DNA from: Psilocybe cubensis
Taxonomy: Eukaryota
NCBI GenBank assembly: GCA_017499595.2
Contig: CM039005.1
Coordinates: forward strand, 3,162,001 to 3,226,000
DNA length: 64,000 bases
Reading direction: 5' to 3'
The translations under genes were made by a program, and so were the position numbers. Each line of letters opens with the position of its first letter. The stretch's first letter is position 1. This document shows, in pieces, positions 39,868-53,240 of the stretch. Under the pieces are notes generated by a model. That model did not search any database, was not told the DNA's origin, and saw only the letters and a program-made list of their open reading frames with translations.

Positions 39868-41188
39868 CTAATCCTCCCCGCGGCGCTGCCCCAGAATTTT
39901 CTCCGTAACGAGGACGTGGTCGTTCTCGCCACCCTCGACTCGGGCAGAGGATTTGCGTTCCTGATTGGGCGTATCTCCACTACCGTTGGCTGCCCTTCCC
40001 TGCTGAGCCTCGCCAAAGTCCATATCAGATACGTGTGCCATGGTGCTATCGTCAATTGTGCTGCTCGCGTTGACGAGTGCAAGACGCAAAACCATGGCTG
40101 TAGGCGCAAGTCCCTGATCAAATCTGGTTAGATAGTATAATTTTAAATACAAATGAGAAATATACAGATAAAACATAAAAAATGCTATCGCTGTAGAAAT
40201 TCACTTCACCCAATGGGGAGTCTATGTCTCCAAGTGCAGAGATTTCAGTGGACAGAGCCTCAAATAGCAAGCAGAGTGAATATAGCGCGGATGATTCAAC
40301 AATTATAGTGATGATCTGCTTGTATCTTGTCCTCGATCGACTTGTATTATTGACTACAGGGTATATTCTGTATCCAATTAGAAGTGTGGCCATCGACGTG
40401 GTGCCTAGACTGATGAAGAATACAGCTGAATTCATGTTATTGAGCAGCAAGCCTGTGGAACCGTGGTTAATGCCCGCTTGTACGGTTGTATTGATCACTA
40501 TAACAGCAATACCCATAGCTTTGAAACCGATTTCAGATGTTTCTAGAACGAATTTTATATCTACATACCGCATTCTGTAAAGAAGAATAATAGTGGAACA
40601 GCAATAATTCGTCTTGATTTACCCCATACGTGGTAACATCTCCAAATCTGTTAAAATTTAGTTGAGTAGTGTGCCAGGCTAGCTTAAAATCAATGCAAAC
40701 AAGAAGTCCGTCGGATATACCAATAAGAAAAGGCTCAATCATGGAGGTAAGCACATCAAGCGCCTTTGGAATATCCAACATGGACGAGAATATAGATGCC
40801 TTGGTACTTGCACTCCGTATAAACGACAGGTATAGCAAATACCAGTCAACAATGAAGTTGAGGAAATTAATCCAGTATAGCGCGGAGATTGCAGTTAATA
40901 CTGTCCAACTTCCAGGTCCCTTCCTTGATGCAAGCCTTGAAGCTTGCAGACATATCCATATCAGCATATCTTTATTAACGTCAACTTGAAGCCGTTACGC
41001 ACTGCAAACGTACATGGTGACACCGTACACCATTGTATATATCCCTAGGCCACTTCAGTCATCAAAACTAGTCAACGCAAAGCCGGGCGCTTACCCATCA
41101 TGCAGTTTTGAAGCACTGAGGAATTGAGTTCCCCTCCAATTGTATAGTTTTCAACTTTGGCTGGGAACGTGATGTCGGGGATGGACAT
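39868..41188 (-). CDS. Multi-pass membrane protein (fungal 7TM-like family), paralog 1
   Basis: MSIPDITFP...MG|GIYTMVYGVT; hydrophobic helices; ISDGLL|IWRCYHVW, TSMATLLIGYRI, IIVESSALYS and GLAPTAMVLRLAL. Intron positions shared with paralogs 2 and 3. Confidence 0.8.
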
Positions 41189-41930
41189 GATACCAGATTG
41201 GTGGGTATACTGTCGACTATCGAAGAGCATTCACTATTTATGCAAATCCATTAAAGCAAATTATACAGCGCTGCTATATTTGTTAAGTATATCAATAGAC
41301 CCGCCCGCGCTCAAGTTGCAGCTGTTCCATCACGGTGCTAGCTCCGTTGCACGGCAAAGTTGGCTGAAGGCATTTCAGCGTATCATGATATGATAGCTAC
41401 AATACCCACAATAAAATTGCCTCGCAGAGATAAAATAGAGTGGTTACTGATTCATACAGCCTTCAACTGTTCTCATCGTATAATTTTCCTAATATTAGTG
41501 CCTTCTCAACCTATTTCATCTTGCATTGTGACACTGCACTAAAACATCAGAGTATCCTTTCAACGACACAGATTCGCGCTGTTGGTCTTTAGACTATTCC
41601 ATTCTGGTCACCATTATCCCACATTTGCATCAATGTGTTGACGACTCAAGGGTGGAAAGTGCAGGGGAAGTGGTCGTGTTAACCTCACTAGATATTTTTT
41701 TACCTTTTTACTAGAGTGTGAGGCGATATGCTAAGGGAAGACATTCCTAATAGCTCCTCCAGCTCCTCTCAAATGCCATAGTTTTTGTGTATCCGCATCG
41801 CAGCTGCGAACAGTATCTATTTCGAGTATGCGCTAGTTGTGTTTCCAAGTGTACCTTTTCCTCATAACCCGATTTGAGGAGATGGAGGAGAACAAAGCTC
41901 AGCTATTCAATGAACGGGAACAGCAGGCGT

Positions 41931-42237
41931 CGGGCTCAACCAGACGCTGCGTCGACACGCCACTTGCAGTCGGATCCGTACTTGTCAATATCGAGGCCGA
42001 TGCGTACACGCGCATACAGCCCGTCAACATTAATGGTAGGGAGTTTTGCCACCCTCGCTGTACATTCTCCACCTGCTCGCGCTGGATTTAGCATTCATGT
42101 TCATGTTCGTGGTCGTGTTCTTTGTCAACGACACTGTCTAAAAATAAGGCAAATTCAAAAGTATCGTGCGTCACGCTTATGGAGAGTGTAACTCGGAAAC
42201 AGACCAGCCGTTCTCAGCGACGAGGAAACCTCCAGAC
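41931..42237 (+). repeat. ~305-bp dispersed direct repeat, copy 1 (copy 2 at 45975-46280)
   Basis: Clearly alignable, e.g. ccagacgctgcgtc, tacacgcgcatacagccc, ttcatgttcatgttcgtggtcgtgttc, aaaaataaggcaaattca and agcgacgagg..acctccagac. Confidence 0.85.
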
Positions 42238-43105
42238 ACGTTCGGATATTCCTGTCAAGCATCTGTGATCATTAGTTCAGTCATCTTGCTGCAAAAGGCA
42301 TTTCGGCACTTGGGATTCAAGGAACTGAATTTCCCATGGTCACAGGACATTTTGATTATCTCGAAGATAACCAAATTCTTATCTCACTCCGCGACTATGA
42401 ACCCCTTGCACAACATCGATATTGCCCTACCACACCGCTAAAGAGTTGAACAGAGGTCAGACTTATCAATATTCAGTGGAATCCAAGGTATTTGTACTAT
42501 AGTAACTTTTTATTGGATACTAACTACATTTTGTTTGCTGCCTATATGGCATCAAACTCTGGAAGCTTCCCTGGAGCCTCTATCACCTGAAAGGCGACTT
42601 CTTCACCATTCTTTCGGTGACGCGGGCGCTCCTTTATCACCAAATGTCCCTGCGAGAACTCGTCAGCCAGGCATCTCGGTGGTGCCGGCTTAATCCGCGG
42701 CCTTGGTGCGGCCCTCTTGGTCTCTGCGACCCTGTCTGTGACCCCCCTTTCGCCCCGAAGAACCTCGGTCCCAGCCGAGGTGCTTGCTCCACTACATGGG
42801 TCCGGTGGCGACCCTGATCGTGGCCGCTTGATGGCAGAAGCGGGTCCACACCTGGGTCAAAGTGCAATGGAAAGTCAGCGGTTGACAATAATGAGAAACA
42901 GTGAGTGGAGCATACCTCTCTCTGTCTGCCGTCGATATTCTTCGCTTCCGGGTATATCGGGAAGCGCTGGCTGCTGGCCTGATTTTAACAGTCACAGTTA
43001 GTTGGCACATGTTCGTTCATTGGACGATAGGATGACTCGTACCTCTTTGTCTTGGAGGGATAGTTGGCTATTCTAAAGACATTATGCGAGACATCGGATT
43101 CAGTT

Positions 43106-44410
43106 TCATGCTCTGGAAATGAGAAAGGGAAACAGGTTATCATACCCTCCATTACGGTGTCCAAGCCTAGGAAGAGGCTCGACGGGATTAACCCCGGAGC
43201 TCCCTTCGTGGTTCAAGTCTATCTGGATGGATCCATCATGATAGCGTATTTCCCTTTCTCCAATGCAAGAGTGGAAATCGCTGGTACTGTCGCTTGAGAG
43301 GTATCTGTTGCTCCCGCTGTGATAGTACGAAATCAATTGATCAACACTTGAAAGTGTTGGAAGCAATTGTCGTGTTCGTTTCGCATCTTCTATGGGAACC
43401 CTTGGGTCGGAAGGTGCTGCCTGTGTAGATGGGGCGGTGTCGGTGAACCAGACTCCACCGTGAATGACATCGATATAGCGATTTGGTTGCACGTTTTCTG
43501 GGGCAGCACTCGTTGAGGAGGTGAATGGATAATTCCTGAAGAAGTTGTTTAGTTTTAACCCAATTCCGCGACAATAGACGCACCCATCATCCACGTTCGT
43601 TGACGAATGTTTGCAAAAGTTTGCGGGCGGTAGGGATTGATGTCTGCTTGATGATGCCCGATGCGACGTGTGTGGACTGGTTGGCCGAATTTCTGAATAC
43701 GAAGTCGATGGTTGAATAGCAGGGTCGGGAAAGATTGTGTATGGATTGGGACTTTTCACACGTCCTTGACCTATCATGGGGAAGAGATCAGACGGGGACC
43801 TAAACAACGCTATTTGTCGATGCTCGGTCAGCTTGAAAAATCGCACATGAAGAATTCAATCCTTACGGTTAATGTCCTCAAAAGAATAACTGGGAAATGG
43901 CTCTAGTGTAGGCTCCGTGGACAGTTCAAGACTTGATGAAGGACCTGACGCTTGTTGAACATGGGAAATCGGAGACGAATGAGTGACTGGGGTGGCAAAT
44001 GGTGGATATGAACACCCTTCATCCGACTCGGTGGATATCACTGCTTATCGTCCTACTGTCAGCGTCGCGCAGCACAAATAATCAGCCTCATTGCTTACTG
44101 TTTGTGCCTTCCAGACTTGTAGAAGGATATGAACCTGATGCGAAAGCAGGTTGAATGGGATTGTGGAGGTTACTTGAAAACAGTGCCGCCGTGTGCTGGG
44201 AGCTCCAGGTGAGTACATCTTGGGCCGCGGCGGTATTTTCAGGAATGTAAGCCATCGATGATGCGCTCCCGGGTAGTATATTATCTGAGCTGTCTGTAAA
44301 CAGATTAAAATTCGATAAGAGATCCAACTGAATTGTTAGTATAGAAGATACTCACCATCGGAGAGTCCAGAAACGAAGAGGCTCTAGTCGAGTGTGTCAC
44401 AATAATCCAT
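43106..44410 (-). pseudogene. Probable decayed multi-exon Ser/Pro-rich gene
   Basis: First exon MDYCDTLD*SLFVSGLSD|gtgagt has an in-frame TAG. Further exon-like ORFs at 44088-44327, 43856-44041 and 43106-43846. Confidence 0.35.
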
Positions 44411-45974
44411 GATTCGAACAGGATGTACTAGTGTTTTGCTCTGCGGTAGGGCTTGGGCTAACAATGGAAGAGGGAAAGGGGGAAGCAATATTTCGACACG
44501 GTGTGAAGGGGTATTTCTGATGTTTTCGGTTCTTATTAGTCTGTATAAGATGACTCGTCGAATCCTCGTGTATGAAATGGTGTTGTAGCCTTTTAGGCAG
44601 AAAAATGTTCTGTTTCCCATGAACACACACAATCAACGTCTTTGTGTGCTTACGGCCGCACCATTTCCCTGACGTGCCGAGCGAAATGACCTGTCAACCA
44701 CCTCATGTCCTATGTTCCATCACACAAAAAGTGACTAGTGATTGGTTAATGTGTCGTTTTTCACAGGTCTATTTATAATGCGACAATGAGGTTCGTCTAG
44801 GTTGAAGCTGACTTTCTGGCCTTGTTAGGCGGACGCCGCGGACAGCTTGAGTTGTATATTGCAAGCTCGAACACATTACAATACCTACATTGATTTAACA
44901 TACATCACCTCGATGCCACACACTCACAGTTCCACCGTTGTACCTAGCCTAAGTGCTCTGAACACGATGTGTGAGCTCCACTCGCCGTCGTTGGCAAATG
45001 TATGCAAGCCTGGCCACAGGAAACCAAGTGACTTTGACAGCAACAGAGGAATGCTCCCGATCACGGGGGTTCTCATATGCAGGGCTCACGAAACAAAAAG
45101 TAACATCAGTTGAGAAGGGCTGTACAATGGCCCAGCCGTCGAGAACAGCGTGCACCGTAACATCAAGCTGTTACTGCATCAATTGCAAGCTGAACGCCGC
45201 GAAATGCCAATGTCTGTCCTGCATTGGTTAGATTCCTTCGTTGTCCCAAAGCATCATAGACAGAATTGATAAGACGACACAGAAGAGAAAGTGAGTGGGA
45301 TGCGGCGAGAACAGAGGGTAGAGAGGAGGATATTGTGGAAAGCGTGGTAGGCTGGTGGACGAAAACCAACACACCCGTAGGAGCTACCACGGCGCTGGAC
45401 CAGTGGAAGAGGGGTAAAGCTGAGGGTTGGGTGGGATAAAGGTATATGCCTTACTGGCGCACTCTGAGCGAGGGAGATGTTGATACACTTGTTGCATTTG
45501 ACTTCAACATTTAGTTTCACAACCACGACTCTATACGGGTATGAGTAAGAACAGCGGGACACTCATCGAGGCCACGGAGACACGTCAAGATAGAGATAGA
45601 TCATCTGCTCAAAGAGATGCAAAAGGCGCTTAGGCTGGGCATGGAAGGAGGTCGAGTCTAGATAGACAATGAGTATAGCAGGGGAGACGTTACATGTCTA
45701 GAGATATGCACCGTTCGAAATCACCCAACAAATCACGCACATATTTGACAAATAGGTTGCGACGCACACTGGAACTGACCTGACAAAGGGGTGGTCGGGC
45801 GCTCAGAACAAACTAGATCCCAAATCAGTCTCTGCAATCTGCTTTGGCATGTTCACTTACTCATGTCCACACATGCTCGCGCTAGCCTCTTACAAAAACC
45901 CCTCTTCAAACCCATCATACACATTTCTACACCCGGAACCCGCGCACCGGTGTACGCACTAGGACACCGCTCAA

Positions 45975-46280
45975 CGGGCTCCGCCAGACGCTGCGTCTAC
46001 ATGCCACTTGCCGTCGAATCCGCACTCGTCGATATGGAGGTCAATGCCTACACGCGCATACAGCCCATCAGCGTCGAGGTCACGGTGCTTTGCCACCCTC
46101 ACTGTGAAATCCTCCGCTTGCTTGTGCTGGATTAGTGTTCATGTTCATGTTCGTGGTCGTGTTCTTCGTCAACGACTCTGTCTAAAAAATAAGGCAAATT
46201 CATAATCATCGTGCGTGACGCTGATGGAGAGTGTAACAGTAACATACCAGCCGTTCTGAGCGACGAGGTAACCTCCAGAC
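45975..46280 (+). repeat. ~305-bp dispersed direct repeat, copy 2
   Basis: Aligns with 41931-42237. Confidence 0.85.
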
Positions 46281-48383
46281 GAGGACAGGGATGGGATGGG
46301 GAAATTCGATATCGAATGGGATACTGTTCAGACAGTGAGACTTGACATATTGACATCAACAACTAAGTGACGTAGAATTGTAAAGTGTTGGAGGGGAGGA
46401 CACGTCAACAAGAGGGATGGTGGGGTCCTACCCCAGACCATACGCAGTCGGTCGAAAAGTAACCGAACGATTGCGCGTTTTGTTACTGTTAAGACTTCTG
46501 CGGAGGGGTATGCGGCGGTATTGGTGATGGATGGAAGGAGTGGCCGTGGGCGCGGCTGTGGGTGTGTGAGAGGTCGTGGCGCTGAAATCGATGGTGTAAG
46601 TGGCAGGGATTGTTCATGCTTAACTGAGATTACGAATACGAGTGCGATGTGAATGTGTGTCGTGTGGTATGAGGACGGGTGGGACGGGACAGATGGACAT
46701 GAGTGGGAGATACTGCCGGAATTAAAATAACGCACCTTAAACCTACTGTCAATAAGCGGGTAATGCGCAGGAGAGAGTAGAAGTCACAGGTATTGTGGGA
46801 CGCCAGGTTCAAACTCCGCTTCCCGAAAGGCTACGCTTTCGTTACAGTATATTAGTACTGTGCATGGCACGCATACTTTCACTGGGAAGCAAGGTGGACG
46901 CCCCCTCCCAGAGCACCCCGAGCCGCTCTATTACACCAAGGTTTACATCATCCCCGTAGCACCCATACACCTTCCAAATTTATCCCATCGATGTAGTATG
47001 ATATGTTTGTCATAATGCGAGAGTGTCTACAAGCTCTAGGTTCCGCGTCGACGCTATATAACACCGTCTGCGGAGAAGGGTCATGCAGTATCTGGAATGT
47101 CTCTATTTTCTATCTGCTAATGCTTGTGTAACATGTATCTTTCCTGACTAATGCTTAGGTTCGACGCGAGGAGTTTGAGAATTACGTGTGCATGCGTGGA
47201 CCCGGTGTTGGTGCAACGGAGAGGAGCAGAAGTTTGAAGCGGGATGATATATTGGATAGGAGCCCCCGACCCGTGGCAGATAGTGTTGAGGATAGTAGGA
47301 AGGGGAGTGAGAAAGGTGATATCATTTTTTGGAGAGACATTGGGATTGTTGTGAGGTACCAGGCGGCTTAAAATGACTGAACGTGTGATTGTGCTACAAG
47401 GATTCTGCTGGGAGTGCGTTTACACAAATAACAACACCGGCAATATTCAGAGTAAGATTCTCTCTGCAATGCAGAGAGAATATGTAAAATGTGTATAACG
47501 GACCATGCGGGTGTGATAGAACGGTGGATATCCGAAATTGTGCAGTAAAGGAAAACTGACAAAAATCATATTGTCTGATTGAAGCTAAGATACTCAGTGC
47601 TCGTCCTGTGGTCAATAGACTAATATTCGACACGGGAAAACATAGGAACCTTCATCTTCCGTTGCTAGTAACAAGAGAATGGAGAGCAGTGACAGACATA
47701 GTTTAGCTATGTTGCGCCTGCCTGTCTGTATATCCGTAATTGCCATTATCATTTTCATAAAGGTTACAACTTTCCCCATGATAACGACAGATGTATGAGA
47801 AATGCATTGGATAACGCTGCGTTACATCATAGATTGTACAATTCGCATGCCAACAGTTGCAAGCTTTTCTTGATAAAACAGGAATCTTTTGTCTAGTTCC
47901 ACAGTAACAAACTTTCTGTAACAAATATCATTTGGATATGGTATTCCAAGCCATATCAGATCTAAAGTTAACATTGCTTGCTGAACCTGCAACATGTCGT
48001 TATAACGACATAATTAAATTGGCATAAGTGTTTTCTAGTTGAGGCTATTTTCAAATATCAACGGCAGTCAGGTGGATCACAACGATGTAATTTCGAATAA
48101 TGCTATACTCCACAATGCCTGAAATAGCCAGATAACTACTGTGGGAAAAAGATGGATTCTTCCATGGTTTCTGAATCGTCAAAGGGTACCATCATTAACT
48201 ATTTGGCCTGTTTCTATCAACATGAATTTCATCATCAGGATTTCAATGATGTAACAATGCCAACTGTAGAGCAAATTTTAGTATTCTATGATGTATCTTG
48301 TGCAAAGTTCTATACCCTACGGCTATATAATGTGAAGTAGGACTACATGAACATACCAGAATTATTGAGACCAACCAACCAAC

Positions 48384-49616
48384 ATGCCTAACCATACTGA
48401 CATCTCACCCAATATTGAAAAACAAAAGATGTCTTGCAATATTAACTCGGTAATGGTGTTTGGATCTTTAATGGGTAAGTATAACTTAGTTCCAGAATGT
48501 GTTAATTTTGATTAAATTATGACTATAGGGGCGTATACTCTGCTCTATGGTAACACCATGTATCTTTACAGTGGGTATAAAAGCAGTATAAGTTCACATT
48601 ACTTACCAATCCTTTCATTGACAGTGTCTAAGAAGCAAATTACAAAAAGCAACATCTTTGTTCTATCTTTGATATCCATTCTCTATTTATTCTCATTGGT
48701 TACATTCTGCTTTGAATGGGTTCTTGCTGCTAATTTTATCAGTCAATCTGTAAATGGTGTAGCAATGGATGTAATCCAAGTCACCAATGGCTTGCTATCA
48801 TTTTTCAATATTTTGGTTGCGGATGCTTTACTGGTGAGCAATATATACATAATTAAAATTTGACAAATTGGTGATGGGACTATACAAGTAGATATGGAGG
48901 TGCTTTCATGTCTGGGGAGGCTCAATGCGATCAATAATCATCCCATTGGTTCTTATTGTTGTTGAATTCTGTGAGTTGGATAATTGGAATACCGGTACTT
49001 TCCACTTGACAAAATGTTGGGATATCGCAGGCTTATACCTTGGACATCTCTTTTTTATGGTCAAGTTTGGTCCCTCCACAACACACAAGGTGGTTGTCAT
49101 TTCCAATGACTTGAGCGGAGCCCTCATGTATATTTCGATTGCAACAACTTCTTCGGCGTCCTTCCTCATAGGCTATAGGATACACAGTGTATCCAGGGAT
49201 CATAACCTATCTTCCAGTTCCAGACGGAAATTAACCCACATTATTCTCATAGTCATCGAGTCAGCTGCAACATATGCCCTATCTGTTTTGTTGTATGCAA
49301 TAGAAATAGTCCTTCCAGGAAGCGGAAACTCGGCAAGCGCAGAGCATTGTGTGGGACTATATATTCAACAATTTTTGCACATTATAACAGTGCGTGTTAA
49401 GCACGTTCGTTCAATAATAACTGATATATGACCTGAATATAGGGCATAGCACCAACGGTTGTAGTTGCAAGAGTTGCTATGGTACAACCTAAGATAGAGG
49501 AGACTTCATTTTCCGGCTCAGATTTGAATCCTCGTATAGCATCCTCAGACAATCATACAAACACTCCATTTGATCGAGCATATCCTCAGCCATATGTGAA
49601 AGCACAACCCGCGTAA
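48384..49616 (+). CDS. Multi-pass membrane protein (fungal 7TM-like family), paralog 2
   Basis: MPNHTDISP...LMG|GAYTLLYGNT; VADALL|IWRCFHVW, SASFLIGYRI, IVIESAATYA and GIAPTVVVARVA...KAQPA*. Confidence 0.78.
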
Positions 49617-50522
49617 TTTCTTTCTGAGTAGACAACTATACAAACTGGGCAAAGTTAGGTAGTGCATGAAGAGCATGTGTTCTGGAAACAAAATTGTGCA
49701 GGGAACAAATCTTAATAGGTATCAATAATGTGTATTGCGTGTCTTAGTTGCAACCATTCCAGCGAGACGTACAACAATGGCACAAAGATCTGGAATATTC
49801 GTGTTGCAATCCACCCTTCAATGACGTATGGTAGGCTAGTCACAATCCAAAAAACTCTTCAACTTCTTGGGTCAATTCTTTTTAGTGTACACCAAGATAA
49901 ATTCTGGGTATCGGACACACTGGCCGGTCGGGATTGTCCATGGATAATTGAAGCATTGAAGAGGAGAATGAAAGGCAAGGGCTTAATGCGGAGATTGAAA
50001 TCAATTTCGCGCTGCACGCGGTTCACTTGACAATGCCAGTAAATCCGTGGACAAAGGGAGCATAAAGATCTTTAGAAATTGACTCTGTCATTGAGTAAAA
50101 GCTACTTTCAAAAAGCACACAAAGGGTGATAGCGAGCATCAAAGCCTGAGCTATGCTGTACTGAGAATCAGCCGGTGATTTGAGAGGTGAGCACCCAATG
50201 GAGTCCTTTGCAGCATAGTGAATGAACAACGAACGGGTTATGTAACTTGTCAAAAGAAATCTTTTGCGCTAATCCAAACGAAGTGTCTTTGTTATGGTGC
50301 TATATATACATACTCGGTGCCCGCCTCAACACCCAGCATACAGATGTTTTGTACCCCTCACAAGAACGTTCCCGCTTTAAAGTGGCATACTACAACCCTA
50401 TTGACGGTGCACACCATGCCTTGACTCACCTGGACCATATTGTCCCTCTGCATTATCTGTCTATCGCTACATTCCTGTGCCTTGCTTTCACTGTAGGATA
50501 TTTGATAGTTCGTTTCCGCTCT

Positions 50523-51187
50523 CACTGCGGGCGCCAACCGCTGTAAGTTGAACATACAGCAGTAAACTTACATGTCTTATGTAAGTTTAGGTGTATGTTC
50601 AACTTACAGCACATGTGTCGGGAAAACAAACATTTAACAAAGACATATTGTGTTTGGTGGCTGTATGCCGACCAAACACAATTACTGTAAGTAGCCTGTA
50701 AATAGAATAAACACCTAAATTACACAATTTTTGTTTGTCCGGTGTTAGTAAAACATACACATTTTCTTTAAGTAATACAAACAGCACTTACTGTAAGTAA
50801 GAATTACACACAAAGAAAACAATTTGTATATGTTATACTTACACAAGTTTTTCAATTCATTTAATAGTGTAAGTATAACATACACAAATTGTGTTCTTTG
50901 TGTGTAATTTTTACTTACAGTAAGTGCTGTTTGTACAACTTACAGAAAATGTGTATGTTTTACTAACACCGGACAAAGACAATTTGTGTAATTTAGGTGT
51001 TTATTCTGCTTACAGGCTACTTACAGTAATTGTGTTTGGTGGCTTATAGCCACCAAACACAATATGTCTTTGTTAAATGTTTGTTTTCCTGACACATGTG
51101 CTGTAAGTTGAACATACATCTAAACTTACATAAGACATGTAAGTTTACCACTGTATGCTTAACTTACAGCGGTCGGCGCCCGCAGTG
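50523..51187. mobile_element. Foldback MITE (665 bp), CACTG termini, 3-bp TSD TCT
   Basis: Arms 50523-50844 and 50867-51187 are near-perfect inverted repeats around a 22-nt spacer. Ends CACTGCGGGCGCC...GGCGCCCGCAGTG. TCT at 50520-50522 and 51188-51190. Confidence 0.93.
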
Positions 51188-53240
51188 TCTAATCATTTGT
51201 AAATTGGATAACTCCCGGCTGAATATTTTCAAATTTTGACCAGTAGACGACATATTAGATGGAATTAAAGCATGGAATGTCGGCATTTATTGGGTTTAAG
51301 TACTGATGACGGCCAACAAGATGATGCCCAATACACTACTTCTACATGGGAGGAATGACTGAAAATACAGACGGTTATGTACATTGTCTATGGTTATCCA
51401 TTCAGCTCATTATTTCCGTCAATACTGAAAAAACCTCTAGGTCCCTGTACCGACAATCTCAGGCAATATATTCATATGGATTCTGAGTACGAAATGGCGG
51501 TGCAAATCACATCGAAAACTCTCTTTCCAATGCACATTGATAGCGGTAAGTGAAGTGACAATGATGTCATTTGTATCCTTATCTAATGATGCCACAGAGG
51601 GGATGTCATATGGGCCTTTTCAACTATATGTCGCAATGCGCCAGTGAAACCGGAAGATTGGAGTACAATCGTAAATTACACTTGGATATTCACCTATTCC
51701 ATCTGCCAGAATATACAACACCAAAAGCAACGCACTCACCAAGGTCATTCTCAATGCCCCAACCCATTCTTCAACAACTACGACTACCCTGAACCTCCAT
51801 CCGCACACGATGCCGAGATACACTCTGTATGTGGTATGTGTTCCTCATTTAATGTGGCCTGTGTTGTTGTAGTAGAGGTGTACATCGAACGATCGACCTT
51901 CGGGTTGTAGGCAGTTAGGAGACTGCGGTGGAAAACAGTGGCGCGTTATTTGTCCGTGCTGTTTGTAAAGAAATTCAAACTCCGCTTCAACTTCTTGCCT
52001 GCGGTTCCAGTGCGCGCCGACAGTGCGCCTCTGCTTACAATCCTCCGAGCCGTTTTCAAGATCGAGTGTCTTATTCTCACTGCAAGCTGGAGCAAATCCG
52101 GTCGAAACAAGGCGCAACTAGTACACTCGGAATGCATCTCTGCATGTACAATCGTTTGAACACGGGCAGGGGTTGGACAGGGATCGAGGGTTGAGGCGGA
52201 GGAATTGAGAGGAGGTCCATGTTGGTGAGTGCCTTGCTATCGACGTTGTATCTTCTGGCGACCGCTCTGCTCTCATTGAATCCTATATTCTTGCCTTCTC
52301 TCGCCATTTTGCTCTCGCCATTTCATTATCATGGACTTCCCATCGCACTGGCGCATGACGCATGTCTACGTAGCACAAGATACACGATGAGGGGTACATT
52401 AACTACTCATGGGTATCTCAGTGTGCATGCCACTAGTCTGGCATGTTTTCTGCTTCGTGAAGTATTCTGGAATGTTCATGTTCAGTGCATTGGAGGCCTA
52501 GTTGCACACCATCTTTGTTTCCTTCGCATTCCCACTGTCTTGTCTACTGCACATTCACATCCCTACAATGGAGGCAGTGAAGCATCAATATCGGAAGATA
52601 GATAGAAATACGCAGTACGATGAGACGTAATGTATGATGCCTTAAAAGACACAAGCGAACAGTGTTGTGCTGTGAAATCGGTGTTTCAAAGGTTTGTACA
52701 TGCGTCTGAAACTACGACAACGAGGGGTTGGATTTGAGAATGAACGAAGGTCAATCTATGTTGAAGAAGGCAAGTAACCGGGATGAAAATACTTCGTATA
52801 TGCGCCATACACACGCACAGCGTGTAAGCGAGCATGCGGGCCAAGTCTGACTCGGATGCATAGAACGCCACGGCGACTGTGGTATGCGTGCCACCGTGCG
52901 CCAGTCAAATTGGGGAACCACGGTGACGGAATTAGTGGACTAACCTTGAATTTGACACTGCCCAAGCCTTCAGCTGAAAAATAACGTTGATGTTAATAAG
53001 TCACATTTATTGTATCGGGGTCAATTCAAGTTGACCTCCATCGACCATCTTTTGGACTTGGAGCCCCTAAACTCACAATCCAATACTTAAGTAAGTAATA
53101 TATCACATTCCTGTCAGTACTTAGTATACCGCACTAGAAGTAGTATTTTGTACATAAATATGTACCCAAATATCACGCTACTTTGATATCTTCGTGCCTT
53201 GGTCAACGGAAGCAGTACATCAGGCGGTACTATTCCCACT

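Noticed and set aside
41931-46280. LTR retrotransposon
   Set aside because: No TG...CA ends, TSD, PBS/PPT or gag/pol ORFs found between the repeats.
29900-47400. Numerous 60-180-aa ORFs in the ORF track
   Set aside because: They are overlapping, low-complexity or antisense shadows in decayed repeat DNA, with no recognisable domains.
2581-51187. One 48.6-kb element from the 2581 CACTG to the 51187 CAGTG
   Set aside because: Only 10 bp match and the flanks differ (ATA vs TCT); each end has a better partner with a matching TSD.
50247-51830. Gene interrupted by the MITE
   Set aside because: Flanking ORF fragments and one intron-like signal do not join into a credible protein.
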